Shown here: piece by piece, positions 19,655-31,000 of the stretch | Position numbering within the stretch: position 1 is the stretch's first letter | Layout: each line of letters opens with the position of its first letter | Source of the DNA: an uncultured Parachlamydiaceae bacterium | Lineage (GTDB): Bacteria; Chlamydiota; Chlamydiia; Chlamydiales; Parachlamydiaceae | Reading direction: 5' to 3' | NCBI GenBank assembly: GCA_963742415.1 | Contig: CAVULX010000003.1 | Location: 704,001 to 768,000, forward strand | DNA length: 64,000 bases | Position numbers and translations under genes: made by a program | The notes under the pieces: generated by a model | The model's input: only the letters and a program-made list of their open reading frames with translations | Told to the model about the DNA's origin: nothing | The model's database searches: none

Positions 19655-20122
19655 TCAACCTTTTATTGGTAGGTAAATTTTGGTTGCTTTCACTTCAGCA
19701 GAGTCATCTAAAAAATTAGTATACTCACAAAAAAGTGGAACTGTAGAAAGGGTGCAGCCAGAAGTAGGAAGCCATTCATGAAAAATTTTATTACAGGTTA
19801 CGCTTAATTCAGAATATGGGCCATTAATAGCAAATACGGCAAAACGTCCTCCTTCGAGCTCTTTTTTCTGGGTGTATTCATCCAGCTCGATTTCATCTTG
19901 TGGTCTTATCTTCGCACATGCATCAAAGCGGCACGCCTTGCTTTCTGTCTCATTAGGATTATCTAAACCCATCCCATAAATATTTTTGATTTCTTGAACT
20001 TTTCTTCCTTGAAGAAAACTAATAAGTTTCTTAAAAGCAATCTCTGGAGTCTCTTTATAATCTCCAGTTTCCCGAACATATAATACTATTTCTGTTTGTC
20101 GTTCTATAATCTCTGGCTGCAT
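19655..20122 (-). CDS. GyrI-like small-molecule-binding (AraC effector-binding) domain protein
   Basis: GMGLDNPNETESKACRFDAC, LEGGRFAVF..GPYSEL and IFHEWLPTSG motifs. Start re-called at ATG 20122 behind AGGAG. Confidence 0.85.
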   Translation of the reverse strand: MQPEIIERQTEIVLYVRETGDYKETPEIAFKKLISFLQGRKVQEIKNIYGMGLDNPNETESKACRFDACAKIRPQDEIELDEYTQKKELEGGRFAVFAINGPYSELSVTCNKIFHEWLPTSGCTLSTVPLFCEYTNFLDDSAEVKATKIYLPIKG

Positions 20123-20288
20123 AAAACTGTGCTCCTGTTTTTTATGATTATTACAAACATTTTGAAATTTGATCAAAAAAAAAGTCAACTTCTTACTCCT
20201 TCACGGCTGAAAAAACAAAAGCTTGCCAACAGTGGCAATTATACCCGCAAGATGGTTTAGCGCTTTTTTGCGGAAAGCAGAAGAAAAA

Positions 20289-20479
20289 TATATGCATTTG
20301 GCAGATCTTAAATCCTATCTTGACGCTGATAAAAAGTTGTTTGAACTATATTCCAAACCCAACGAATGGGCTCATAAAGCTATTCTCAATGTGGCTGCTT
20401 CTGAAAATTTTCGAGTGATCGTACTATTGCTGAGTATGCATCGGATATCTGGAATGCCAAGCCATGCCCCGTTGTTTAA
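20289..20479 (+). pseudogene. glgP: 3' remnant of glycogen/starch phosphorylase
   Basis: YMHLADLKSYLDADKKLFELYSKPNEWAHKAILNVAAS, then after a 1-nt loss near 20403, KFSSDRTIAEYASDIWNAKPCPVV*. This is the hallmark FSSDRTI terminus. Confidence 0.85.
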
Positions 20480-20561
20480 ATTGTTTTTTTGGTGAAGTGT
20501 TGACACTAAAATGAAAACTATCATATCTATCGTTTGTATGATCTGATCAGGGGGGGGATTT

Positions 20562-21455
20562 ATGTTTAAAAATCTGATTATAGCTATTTTATGTTTTCAG
20601 GGTTTGCTTGGATCTCTTTCGGCTATTGACAATGGAAGCGACAAAGAAAAAGTGCTTCAACGGCTTCAGGATTTAACGGCAGCCATTAATAGAGATAATG
20701 AGGATGTTCTTCCATCTTTTTTGACAGAGGATGTGGAATTTTCAAACCGCCTTACCGGAGAAGTTCTTGAAGGAAAAGAGAAAATCGCTAAATTTATTCA
20801 AGAGAGAGCGAAAGAAATTAACAAGAGGCAATTAACTTTCTCCTTTAAAGCGGAAAAAGTAGATTTTCCAGATCCGGATGTAGCTATTGTTGAGGGACTT
20901 TCAGAAATATCTGACAAAAAAGCCTTGCTGCAGCGAAATGCGCGTAAGATAGAGTTAGTCAAAGAGAATGGTCAGTGGTTCATAGACACTATTAGAGAAA
21001 TTGAAGTTGCTCCCCCGCCCCCCATATATAAATATTTGAAGGGATTAGAATGGCTGATTGGGAAATGGAAAGACCAGGATGATGATGTCTCAATCACATT
21101 TGCGACGAAGTGGGATAAATTTAAAAATTTCATTGTCCAACGATTTAAAATGGAAGTTTATGACACATTAGAAATGGAAGGGATTCAAATAATCGGGTGG
21201 GATCCCATTGAACAAAAAATTCGCTCATGGGTTTATGATTCGGACGGAGGTTTTGGAAGCGGGGTCTGGTCAAAGAGTGGGAACAATTGGAATGCAGTGT
21301 TGAATTATGTTTTAAGCGATGGAAAAAAAGCATCTGCCACATATTCCTACACGGAAATTAATGATAAAAGCTACAGCTTCACTGCCACCAACCGAACAAT
21401 TAATGGCAAAGAGCTTCCGAACATTGAGCCTGTAACTGTTGTAAAGGAGGAGTAA
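20562..21455 (+). CDS. Secreted NTF2-like (SgcJ/EcaC, DUF4440-like) two-domain protein
   Basis: Signal peptide, a SnoaL-like first domain (LTEDVEF...LEGKEKI...VAIVEG...VKENGQWFI) and a second domain LEWLIGKW...IIGWDP..QKIRSWVYDSDGGFG. Confidence 0.75.
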   Translation: MFKNLIIAILCFQGLLGSLSAIDNGSDKEKVLQRLQDLTAAINRDNEDVLPSFLTEDVEFSNRLTGEVLEGKEKIAKFIQERAKEINKRQLTFSFKAEKVDFPDPDVAIVEGLSEISDKKALLQRNARKIELVKENGQWFIDTIREIEVAPPPPIYKYLKGLEWLIGKWKDQDDDVSITFATKWDKFKNFIVQRFKMEVYDTLEMEGIQIIGWDPIEQKIRSWVYDSDGGFGSGVWSKSGNNWNAVLNYVLSDGKKASATYSYTEINDKSYSFTATNRTINGKELPNIEPVTVVKEE

Positions 21456-21456
21456 T

Positions 21457-21798
21457 ATGTGCAAGTATTTAACCATTTTCTTAACAACATTGACTGTTTT
21501 ATTGTCTTTACTGAACCTCGATGGAAGTGACGCTATAATTGCAAGAGGCGGTGGAAGAGGCGGTGGCGGTGGAAGAGGCGGTGGGGGTGCAAGAGGTGTT
21601 GGGGGTGGTGTAGGAAGAGCTCCGGTCGCCAGGGGGGCAATTCAAAGAACTCCTACCATGAGTAGAGCCGGGGCTGCTGTTGCCGGAGCTGCCGTTGCAA
21701 GATCTCGCACATCCGATTACTATCCGACAACGCCTTATTATAATACCTCATTGCCAGATTACACTCTCTATCCTCAAACGGGATATCCACCGTATTAA
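21457..21798 (+). CDS. Small secreted Gly/Arg-rich (RGG) protein with Tyr/Pro tail
   Basis: Signal peptide, ARGGGRGGGGGRGGGG and RTPTMSR. Starts 1 nt after the upstream stop, with an AGGAGG RBS. Confidence 0.65.
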   Translation: MCKYLTIFLTTLTVLLSLLNLDGSDAIIARGGGRGGGGGRGGGGARGVGGGVGRAPVARGAIQRTPTMSRAGAAVAGAAVARSRTSDYYPTTPYYNTSLPDYTLYPQTGYPPY

Positions 21799-21826
21799 CC
21801 TGAACTTTGGTTTTTTTTGCCCTTTG
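21798..21826. mobile_element. Left half of the same MITE-like element as 19472..19537
   Basis: TATTA|ACCTGAACTTTGGTTTTTTTTGCCCTTTG, near-identical to 19467-19500. Confidence 0.6.
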
Positions 21827-21838
21827 GCGAGGATTTTA

Positions 21839-22045
21839 TCAAATCCGCGCAGATTCGCTTTCCATGACGATGTCATATTAGCCTAGGACAGCCGCGCTGT
21901 CGCACTTGGCCCGATGATAAAATGCCTGCTGACCTGCTTTGAAGTTTTCCTCCTTGCCGTACCAAGCTTTTAGCGCTTCGTCTTGCAACGCCCGCCCGTA
22001 CGTACGAAAAACTGAGCTTCCAAGGCTTTGTTCCCTCATTCTGTT
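21839..22045 (-). pseudogene. 3' remnant of class I fructose-bisphosphate aldolase
   Basis: [54 protein letters not shown]. A GTAC duplication breaks the SYGRALQ motif, and there is an internal TAA. Confidence 0.8.
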
Positions 22046-22097
22046 TTTTGGCTCGCTCGCCAAAGCGATGGAAGCAGAAGAAAAATCATTGAGTGTT

Positions 22098-25000
22098 TTA
22101 TAGATCGCAAAAGAAGAATTGTGCCGGAACTTCCCAACAGGGCAGCAGAATAGGTACACACCAATGCACATCTTCTAAGAAGTCTGTCAGGAAGTAGTAA
22201 TCACTAGCCAGATTAAATTGTGAATCATAGACGCCAATGACCGCAAACACATGGGTCCCTTTTAATGGTTTAGGTGGCGGCGGCGGTGGTGGAGGAGGCG
22301 GAGGAGGAGGGGGCGGCGGAGGAGGTGGCGGGGGTGGAGGCGCTCCACAATCCTTGATCTTAACTCCATTGAAAAAAATCACGCATGGGGGATTCGGTGC
22401 ATAGGCATGGACAGTATTATCTATCGACGTACCGTTAAAGTCTGCTAAATCTACACCTCCCGCTATAATTTGTTGGGGTGTATTGACAAGGATCGGGCTG
22501 GAAAGACTTCCTACATTCCCATCGAGAGCGTTAAAGAAGGCAGTATTGGCAGAAACAACGTCGACAGGCCCACCCGCATTGAGGATTGAAGTTTGTGAAG
22601 TAAAGGAAGGGTTGACTAGATTCATCGGTCCGTTCAGTACAACGGACCCTGCGTTTACAGTAACCGTATTGATAGTGCCAACATTTGATAAAGTTCCCAA
22701 AAAGGCAAGACCTGATCCCGTATTAATTGTTATGTTTTCAAAGTTAGTGCCTTGTATCGTGTTGAATGAAAATTCCCCATTATTAGTCTCCACTAACAGG
22801 TCGGATCCACTATTAAGGTGTGTCACTGGGCTCGCAAAGGCGATAGATCCCCCATTAGTAAGAAGAGTCGTAAGTCCAGGATTGACGAAATCGGTGTCGG
22901 CTCCAGATGAATAAGTTTGCGTATGCGCAGCATAGATGGTATTCAAAAGAGAAATTGTATTGCTCGCCGTAAGACTAAGAGTTCCACTCATGATTACATT
23001 TGGAGATCCTATGCCATTTAAAGAAATATCGTGAGCTGAGGCGACTGTAAAATTCTGCAAAGGGATCGATGTCGAAAATGCAGTTGGGACATTAACATCG
23101 CCCATTCCCGCTGTGATAGAAATAGAATGGGTCCCTTCTAAGTCAGTTCCTAAAATGATATTTCCATTGCCTGAATTGAGGGTGAGATCCCCTGTCAGAG
23201 TAATCGGCCCTGAGAAACTAATATCATTTCCGCTAGTAGACAGATTACCGCCGATATTTGTAGTGCCAAGCCCCGTTTGAGTGAAAGGTCCGCTGAGTGC
23301 AAGCGTCAGATTGGGAAGGATAGTTAAGGAAGCCGAGTTCGTAATCGCGAATTTACCGCCGCCCGATGTTGTCACGTTGTCGTTGAGGGAAAATGAGGCA
23401 CCGCTGAGGGTGATGCCGGAAGCCCCTGTGGTGTTTAGAGCTCCATGGAAAGTTACGAGACCGGAAACACTTTCGATGTCGATCACGGAGGCGTTGATGG
23501 CATTGGATGTGAAAGCAGTGCATTCAAGGACTTGGAAAGTAGCAAGCGGGGTTGTTCCTCCCACATCACCTGTCAGAAGGATCGATCCTGAACCGGCATC
23601 GAGTACAAGATTATTCAATCCGTTGACCGTATTTGAAAGGATAATAGAGCTGCCTAAACCGTTGAGGTCAAAGAGAGAAGATCCAGTTAAAATGATAGGC
23701 CCGGTAAATAAAATTTGATTGCCTTGCACTTGAATAGTTGTATCAAGAGAAGTAGCCCCTTGGCCATTCTGACTAAAGTTTCCTGCTAAATTAATGGGAG
23801 CAGAGCTTAGAAGAGACAATGCGCCTGAGTTGTTTATCGAAAGAGAGCCGATACCTGTAGTTGTGACTAGGGCATCGAAGGTAAAGTCTGTGCCTGTGAG
23901 GTTTATGCCGCTTGGAAGAGTTGTCGTTAACGCTCCGTTGAAGGTTGTCATTCCATCGCCCGAATTTTGGATGATGAACCCAGCTGAGATAGCTTGAGTC
24001 GAAACATTGTTTGCTGTCGTAATAGTCAGTGATGATATCGGGGTCGTGCCTCCGATATTTGCCGCAAGGGTTAAATTTCCTGTACCGGCAGTATAAACTA
24101 GATCAAAGGGCCCATCAATTGTGTTAGAGATGAGAATATCACCTCCACCGTCACTATTCAGAGTTGTTGCACCCGTCAGGGTAATCGGATTGGCAAAAGA
24201 GATGTTCGCGTTGTTTGCGTGAATTGTGCCCGCAAGGTTGACTGTGCCGCCCGTTCCACTTTCTGTGAAAGGGCCTGCGATAAGAGTCGAGGTTCCTGCA
24301 TTTAACGATAATAATCCAGTATGAGTGATTGCACAGGGACCGCTATTTGTGGAAACAAGAGAACCTGTAAGGGCAAAGTTGGTACCGTTCATGTTGATGC
24401 CGGAAGAACCATTCGTATCGATATTCCCTAAAATCGTTGTGGTTCCGGAACCCACGTTCTGTGTGATAGAGGCTGCGGTAATATCAGAAGTTGCGATGTT
24501 GCTTGCTTGGGAAAAAGTGATAGCGCCAAGACGAGATGAGCCTCCAACCATGCCTTGAATACTAATAGAACCTGAGCCTGCATTGAATGTAATGTTTCCG
24601 GGTCCATCGAGAGTGCTTTCAAGGGTGATTGGGCTGGCAGCTGAAGTAAGTGATGCTGTTCCAGAAGCACTGACAGGCCCCGAAAGACTAATCGAGCTTG
24701 ATGAATTAAGCGAGCTGCTAAGAATAGAAGCTCCGGCTCCGTTCTGAGTAAATGCGCCGGAGGAGCTACAAGCATTGGAAAGGGTGAAAAGGCCCGAATT
24801 GGAGATCGCTATAGGGCCTGAAGCTATCGTCGTTACAGGTCCAGTAAATTCGAAATTGTTTCCCGCCAATGAAATGCCGCTTAAGGTACTGCTGTTGACC
24901 ATTCCGGCCAAAATCGTTGTACCTGATCCTCCGACTTGGGTGATTGAAGCCGCATTGATTGCAGCTAAAGTTGCATTATTCGTTTGTGTGATGGTCAAAG

Positions 25001-28000
25001 CATTTAAAGGAGCAAGAGATCCAATCGAAGCTGCAGTGGTAATATTGCCTGTACCGCTATTTAATGTGAGGTTTTGGGTGCCATCGACTAAACCATTGAA
25101 GGTGATATTTCCTGCACCGGATCCGCTATTCAATGTAGTTGCAGCTGCAAGAGTGATAGGGCCTGTGAACCCAATGGCTGCATTGCTTGTCAGCGCACTT
25201 CCCCCGATAGACACAGGGCCTATGCCTGTCTGATTAAACGGCCCTGCCGATTGAATTACTCCTGGAGCAATGGAAGTGAAAGTTCCGGTGTTGGCCACAG
25301 TAATGCCGCCAGTACCAGCCGCCGTCCATGCAGCATCTCGAATTATATCAGTTCCTGTAAGATTGATACCTAAAGAGCCGTTGGTCGTAATTGCACCGTT
25401 AAAAGTCGACGTATTAGAGCCGCTAATTTGGGTGACCGAAGAAGCGGTAATTGCTTGGGCCATGACATTTGCAGCTGAATTTATGGTGATATCTCCTAAA
25501 GGAGTCGTGCTTCCGAGAGGTGAACTCAGAATAATATCGCCAGTTCCGGCAGTGAAGTTAAGAGAGGAGCCTCCATTAACCGTCCCGGATAAAATGATAT
25601 CTCCGCTTCCGGCTCCTGTATCGAATCCTCCCCCGGCAAGGAGAGTAATGGGGCTTGTGAAGGAGATGTTGTGGTCATTGGTGGTGATCGTTCCGGCGAA
25701 AAAGACAGGACCTGTTCCATTTTGCGTATAGCTGCCGTCAATGGAAGTTGTGTTGATGGAAGTACCAGTAATGAACCCCGAATTGGTCACAGTAAAATTG
25801 CCTCCGCCCGTCGTGATTAAAGAGCCGCTTCGAATAAAGTTTACCCCTATCAGAGTAATCCCTGCAGAACCGCTTGAACTGAGATTTCCAACAATCTGCA
25901 TGGTTCCTGTGGCTGTTGCATTCAGGGAGTTGCAAGCAAAGTTCTGGATCGAAATATTTCCTGCGCTAGCCACTGTCGTTGAACCGAGCGGCGTAATTCC
26001 CCCCGCATTCGCTAAGAGAGTGATATTCCCGTTACCTGCTCTTAACGTCCAATTGCCCGCTCCATTTAAGGTGTTAGAAAAGGTGATCGCTTGATTGTTA
26101 CTCGAGGTGTCCATTAAACATGTGCCCGATAACACAACGGGACCTGCAAAGGAGATCCCCCCTTGGTTCGGTGTGACAGAACCTGAAAAATTCGTAGAAC
26201 CTGCGCCATTTTGAATAAACGATCCATCTGGGTTTGCAGTCCCGGCAAAAGTAAATAGGCCGCTATTGTGGACGGTAATGGAAGAACCCGTCGTTGTTTG
26301 AATCGAACCGCTATTTTGAACATTTAGGTTCGTTCCTGTGAACTGAAATCCGATATTATTCACAATAGATACAGCACCTGAAATTGTGGTTGTCCCAGAA
26401 CCTGCTGATTGAATTAACCCATTGACAGCCATATTCCCGATAGAAACATTTCTTGCACTCGAGATGGTTAAAAGGTTTGGACGCACCAGAAAATTACTTC
26501 CGACAGATCCCGAGAAGGTAATATCGCCCGTGCCTGCAGCAAGAGTGAGGTTTTGTGTGTCGGGCGAGGAGCCGTTAACGGTACTAGAAAACGTGATATT
26601 TCCTCCGGCACCCGTTGAAATGACAGAATTGGTGTTGAGCACAACAGATGAAGGGAATGTAAGAGGATTATTGATGGTGGCAATATTACCGCCCACATTG
26701 AGTGTCGAAGAGGGAGCTAGCGAAATCGAATTTGCAATTAGAGCGCCTCCTAGTGTTAAATTTGCACCTGACAAAGAAGCTGAGGCAAATTCTCTATCTG
26801 CAGCAAGACCAATGGCCCCCACTTGGATATTGCCGGATCCGCTAGAAAGGACCAGGTTCCGGCCGCTATTTTGGCCGGCTCGGATCGAAAGAGTAGTTAA
26901 AATGCCGCCAGCTGTATTGAGTGTTAAGTCTGTTCCTGTTCCGAGATTGACAGTTCCATTTTGGAAAGAGAGGTCAGCGCCATTTGAAGAGATCGTCGTC
27001 AAAGCGCCGCTATTCATATTAAATTGTGTGGGAGCATTATAAGTTTGAGCACCGGCATTGTAAGTGGTGCCATTGAATTGAATGGCGCCGCTGGCTGTTA
27101 TTAATGTATCTCCGGTGATACCCTGAGAGGCTCCGCCCATATTGGAAAGTGCAATCTGATTTCCAGTGATTGTCAAAGAAGAAAGGGGAGTGGAATTACC
27201 GATCGGTTGTGTGATCGAGACATTCCCCCCACCTGCCGTAATCGTGAAGGCGTGAGCTCCGTCGACAGTATTTGCGATTGATACGCCTCCTGTACCACCG
27301 CTGGAATCCAGGGCCACATCTCCTACTAACGTAAAGGGGCTAATGATCGTAAAGCCGCCGTTCGCAGAGATTACTCCTCCCAGGTTAACTGTACCTGTAC
27401 TACCGGGGAGCTGCTTCCACTGCCCATCAATATTAGATGTATTGCTCTGAGTTCCGGTTATAGCACCTGAATTGAGGAAAACTAGACTTCCTCCGTTTGT
27501 CGTTACCAAAGAACCCTGTCTAAAGAATTTGTTTCCTGTGAGACTAATACCTTCAGGACCATTTGTATCGAATGTACCGATCAATGAGAATTGGTTGGTC
27601 AAAACCTGTTGGGTGAAGGAACTAGCTTTCACAGTGGCAAAATTTGCATCATGAGCGCTAACGATTAAAACATCTCCTAGACGAATATTTGCTCCGATAT
27701 CTCCGGTAACATTAATGTCACCAGCGCCTGCTATCACGGTAAACGGAAATGCCCCATCAACGGTATTGGAAAGGGCTATATTTCCAGATCCAGCGCCGCT
27801 GTTCAAGGCTGCAGCTGCAGTGAGCGTAATAGGCCCTGTAAAAGAGAGATCTTGATTTGCTGTTTCAACCGTTCCGGCTAAAGATACAGCGCCGCTTCCA
27901 GTTTGACTAAAGGCACCCGTTGAAGAGAGAGTTTGACCTGAGAGTGTAAGGGTTCCTGTGTTGGCAATCGAAAGTGGGCCTGCCGATGTGGCGCTCCCAA

Positions 28001-31000
28001 TAAGAGTAAAGGCAGTTCCTGTCAGGTTAATGCCGCTGAGACCATTGGCGGTAAGATTGCCATTGAATGTGCTAAGGCTGGAACCCAAGGTTTGCGTAAT
28101 GGAGCCAGCTTTAATGTCTTTAGTAGAAACAGCTCCTGCGCTATTGATGGTGAATGCTGTCAGGCTTGTGCCAACCCCAATATCAGATGAAAAGGTGAGG
28201 TTTCCTGTTCCAAGTGTGCAGGTGAGAGAACCAGGACCGTCGACAGTATTCAAAAACTGGATGGAACTGTTATTGGAAGATGAATCTATTGTCGCTATTC
28301 CTGAAGCAACGACGGAAATAGGCCCCTGGAAAGAAACCGAGTTCCCGGTTGCAAGTGAACCCTGGAGGGATACAGCGCCTGCTCCATTTTGGATAAAAGC
28401 GCCGGCAATATGAAGATTTGCAGATGGACCAAAGGCTAATGTGCCTGAGTTCGTAACATTCATCCCTGCTCCGGTACTCATAGAAGTCGTTGTCACCGAG
28501 CCGTTGACTACAAAACTGATGCCAGTCAAACTGATACCGGCGACACCATTGGTATTGATGTTACCAGCAAAGGTCGTTGAGTCGCTCCCTAATTGAGAGA
28601 TCGCTGCGGCGGTAACATCTCCAGTAGTGACATTTTCAGCAGAGTTGATCGTCAGCGTCCCAATTCGAGTTCCTCCTCCGACGGCGCTGCCGAATGTAAT
28701 GTTTCCTTCACCTGTAGTAAGGTTCAAATCATTTGCACCATCAACAGTGCCTGTGAAACTGATACTTCCTGAGCCACTACCTGTATTCAACGTTGTAGCT
28801 CCCGTCAAGGTGATAGCACCGCCAAAAGAAATATCATCATTCGATGTTGAGATCGATCCGCTTAAAGAGGCTGCTCCACCACTTTGGATAAAGCTTCCAT
28901 CAGCTTGTATCGATGCTCCTTGAGTCCAAGTGCCGGCATTTGCAATGGCAATTGGCCCTTCACTCGAAGTGGTGAGGGAGCCATTTTGCACTATCGTTGT
29001 CCCCGTCAATGAGATGCCGTTGGAACCGGAGGCGTTCATAGGTCCCGAAATGAGAGTCGTGCCAGAACTTTCCTGTTGTTCGATAGAAGCAGCAGAGACA
29101 CCTTGATAGGTAATGTTTGCTGCATTTTGCACGGTAAATGAATTTAAGGAATCTTGGTCGCCCACGTTGTCTAAAAATAAAAGATCTCCTGTTCCCGCAA
29201 TCAAGTTGAGGTTGTGAACTCCATTGATCTCGCCGTTAAACGTGAGGTTACCGGCTCCCGAGCTATTTGATATCACTGTTGTCCCCGCTAAATCCACAGG
29301 GCTAGCAATCGAGATCGCTCCCCCTGTCGTGAGAAGAGTGCCCGAAAGAGCCACGCTGCCGCTGCCGCTTTGGGTAAATGATCCAGAAATCGAGGAGCTT
29401 GGTCCACCTGTAAGGGTCAGTTGGCCGCCATTAGAAATCGAGACCGCTCCCCCCGACGTAGTAACAAGATTTCCGTTGATCGAGAATGTGATGCCTGTAA
29501 GAGAAATGCCCCCTGCAAGGCTCGTATTTAGAGAACCGAGAGCCGTGGTTCCTGAACCTGCTGACTGTGTAATCGTTGCTGCTGTGATGTTTTGAATCGT
29601 CACATTCTGGGCATTATCAATCGTGAAGTCGCCTATTTCAGTAATTCCCCCAATATTTCCAGCTATGAGTAGATCTCCAACTGTGCCTAAATTGAGTTCC
29701 AAAGAGCTTGAGCCATCGATTGTGCTGGAGAAAGTGATATTCGTCGAGTTAGCGGAAGTATCAAGAACTGCCAGATTGGCGAGGGTTGCCGCCCCAGCAA
29801 AAGAGATATTCCCATTTGCTGTGATGCTACCACCCAGCGTTACCGCCCCATTGCCCGACTGACTGAATGCACCATCCACGGAAAGTGAAGCTGCACCTCC
29901 TAATGCTAATGTTCCAGTATTGGTGATTGCAATAGGACCTGATGCAGTTGTTACCATGCTATTGTTCACTGCAAACGCATTGCCTGTAAGTTTAATTCCG
30001 CTCACAGAATTAACATCAATCGCACCATCAAAGGTCGTCGTGCCAGTTCCGGCAACTTGTGTCAAGGAAGCAGCACTAACAGCCCCTGTGGCGACATCAC
30101 CCGCACTTTCTATGGTGATATTACCGACCCTTGCCACGCCTCCAATGCTACCTGAGAAAGTAACATCTCCAATTCCGGCGGTTAAATCGAGATCGTAAGG
30201 TTGATCCAGTGTATTCAAAAATGTTATATCTGCTCCTGTTAAGCTCACAGTGTTGATCGCTAAGTCACTACTCAAATCAACAGCTCCAGCAAAAGAAACA
30301 ACATCATCGGTCGTTTGAATATTTCCGCCAATCGACACACTTCCTGCGCCAGTTTGCTGGAAGGCTCCATCAAGATTGAAGACTGCCCCGTTTCCCGTAA
30401 AAGTGCCGGAATTATTGAAAATGGCTGGAGCTTCATTTGTGGTGAGTGTAGATCCCGCGACCGAAATATTGTTTGTCTCGATATTGATTCCTCCCGCAAT
30501 GGCTTCGATTCCAGCAGAGATTGTCGTCGTGCCAGCACCATTCGTTTGTGACAAAGAACCCACAGTCATTTCCTGGCTGATGATTACATCTTGACCCGTC
30601 CCGATAGAAAGTGAAGTCAGAGGAACAGAATTACCAACCAACCCATTAAATGTTAATGAGTTTCCAGTCCCTGGATTGATTGTTACATTGCGGCTTCCTA
30701 CTCCGTCTCCATTGACAATGTTGTTGAATATAAAGCTTCCTCCTGAAAAGACAATATTATCTGCGGTGATCACAACAGGAGAGTTGTAAGTTAGGGGGCC
30801 AAGCTGATCTGTGCTTATAAAAGTAATCGTTGGAGACTGAAAGACAGGGGCTGTTGTTGAAAAAATGGGATCTGGGTGGTTGATGGTGCCGCCGGTGATC
30901 GTCACACTATTAACATCATTCCCCGAGGTTCCGATCTGAGCCACCGTCACAGTTCCCAAAATAGCGTCGAGAGTGATATTCTGCCCGGGCCCTGTAAGAT

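Noticed and set aside
20223..20495. 90-aa ORF as intact gene
   Set aside because: It is explained by the frameshifted glgP remnant.
21878..22171. 97-aa ORF overlapping TpsA stop
   Set aside because: It is a chimera of non-coding sequence and the aldolase remnant.
22098..22400. CdiA-type toxin or autotransporter barrel at TpsA C-terminus
   Set aside because: No VENN or DUF637-like region, no downstream immunity gene, and no beta-barrel-like terminal domain.
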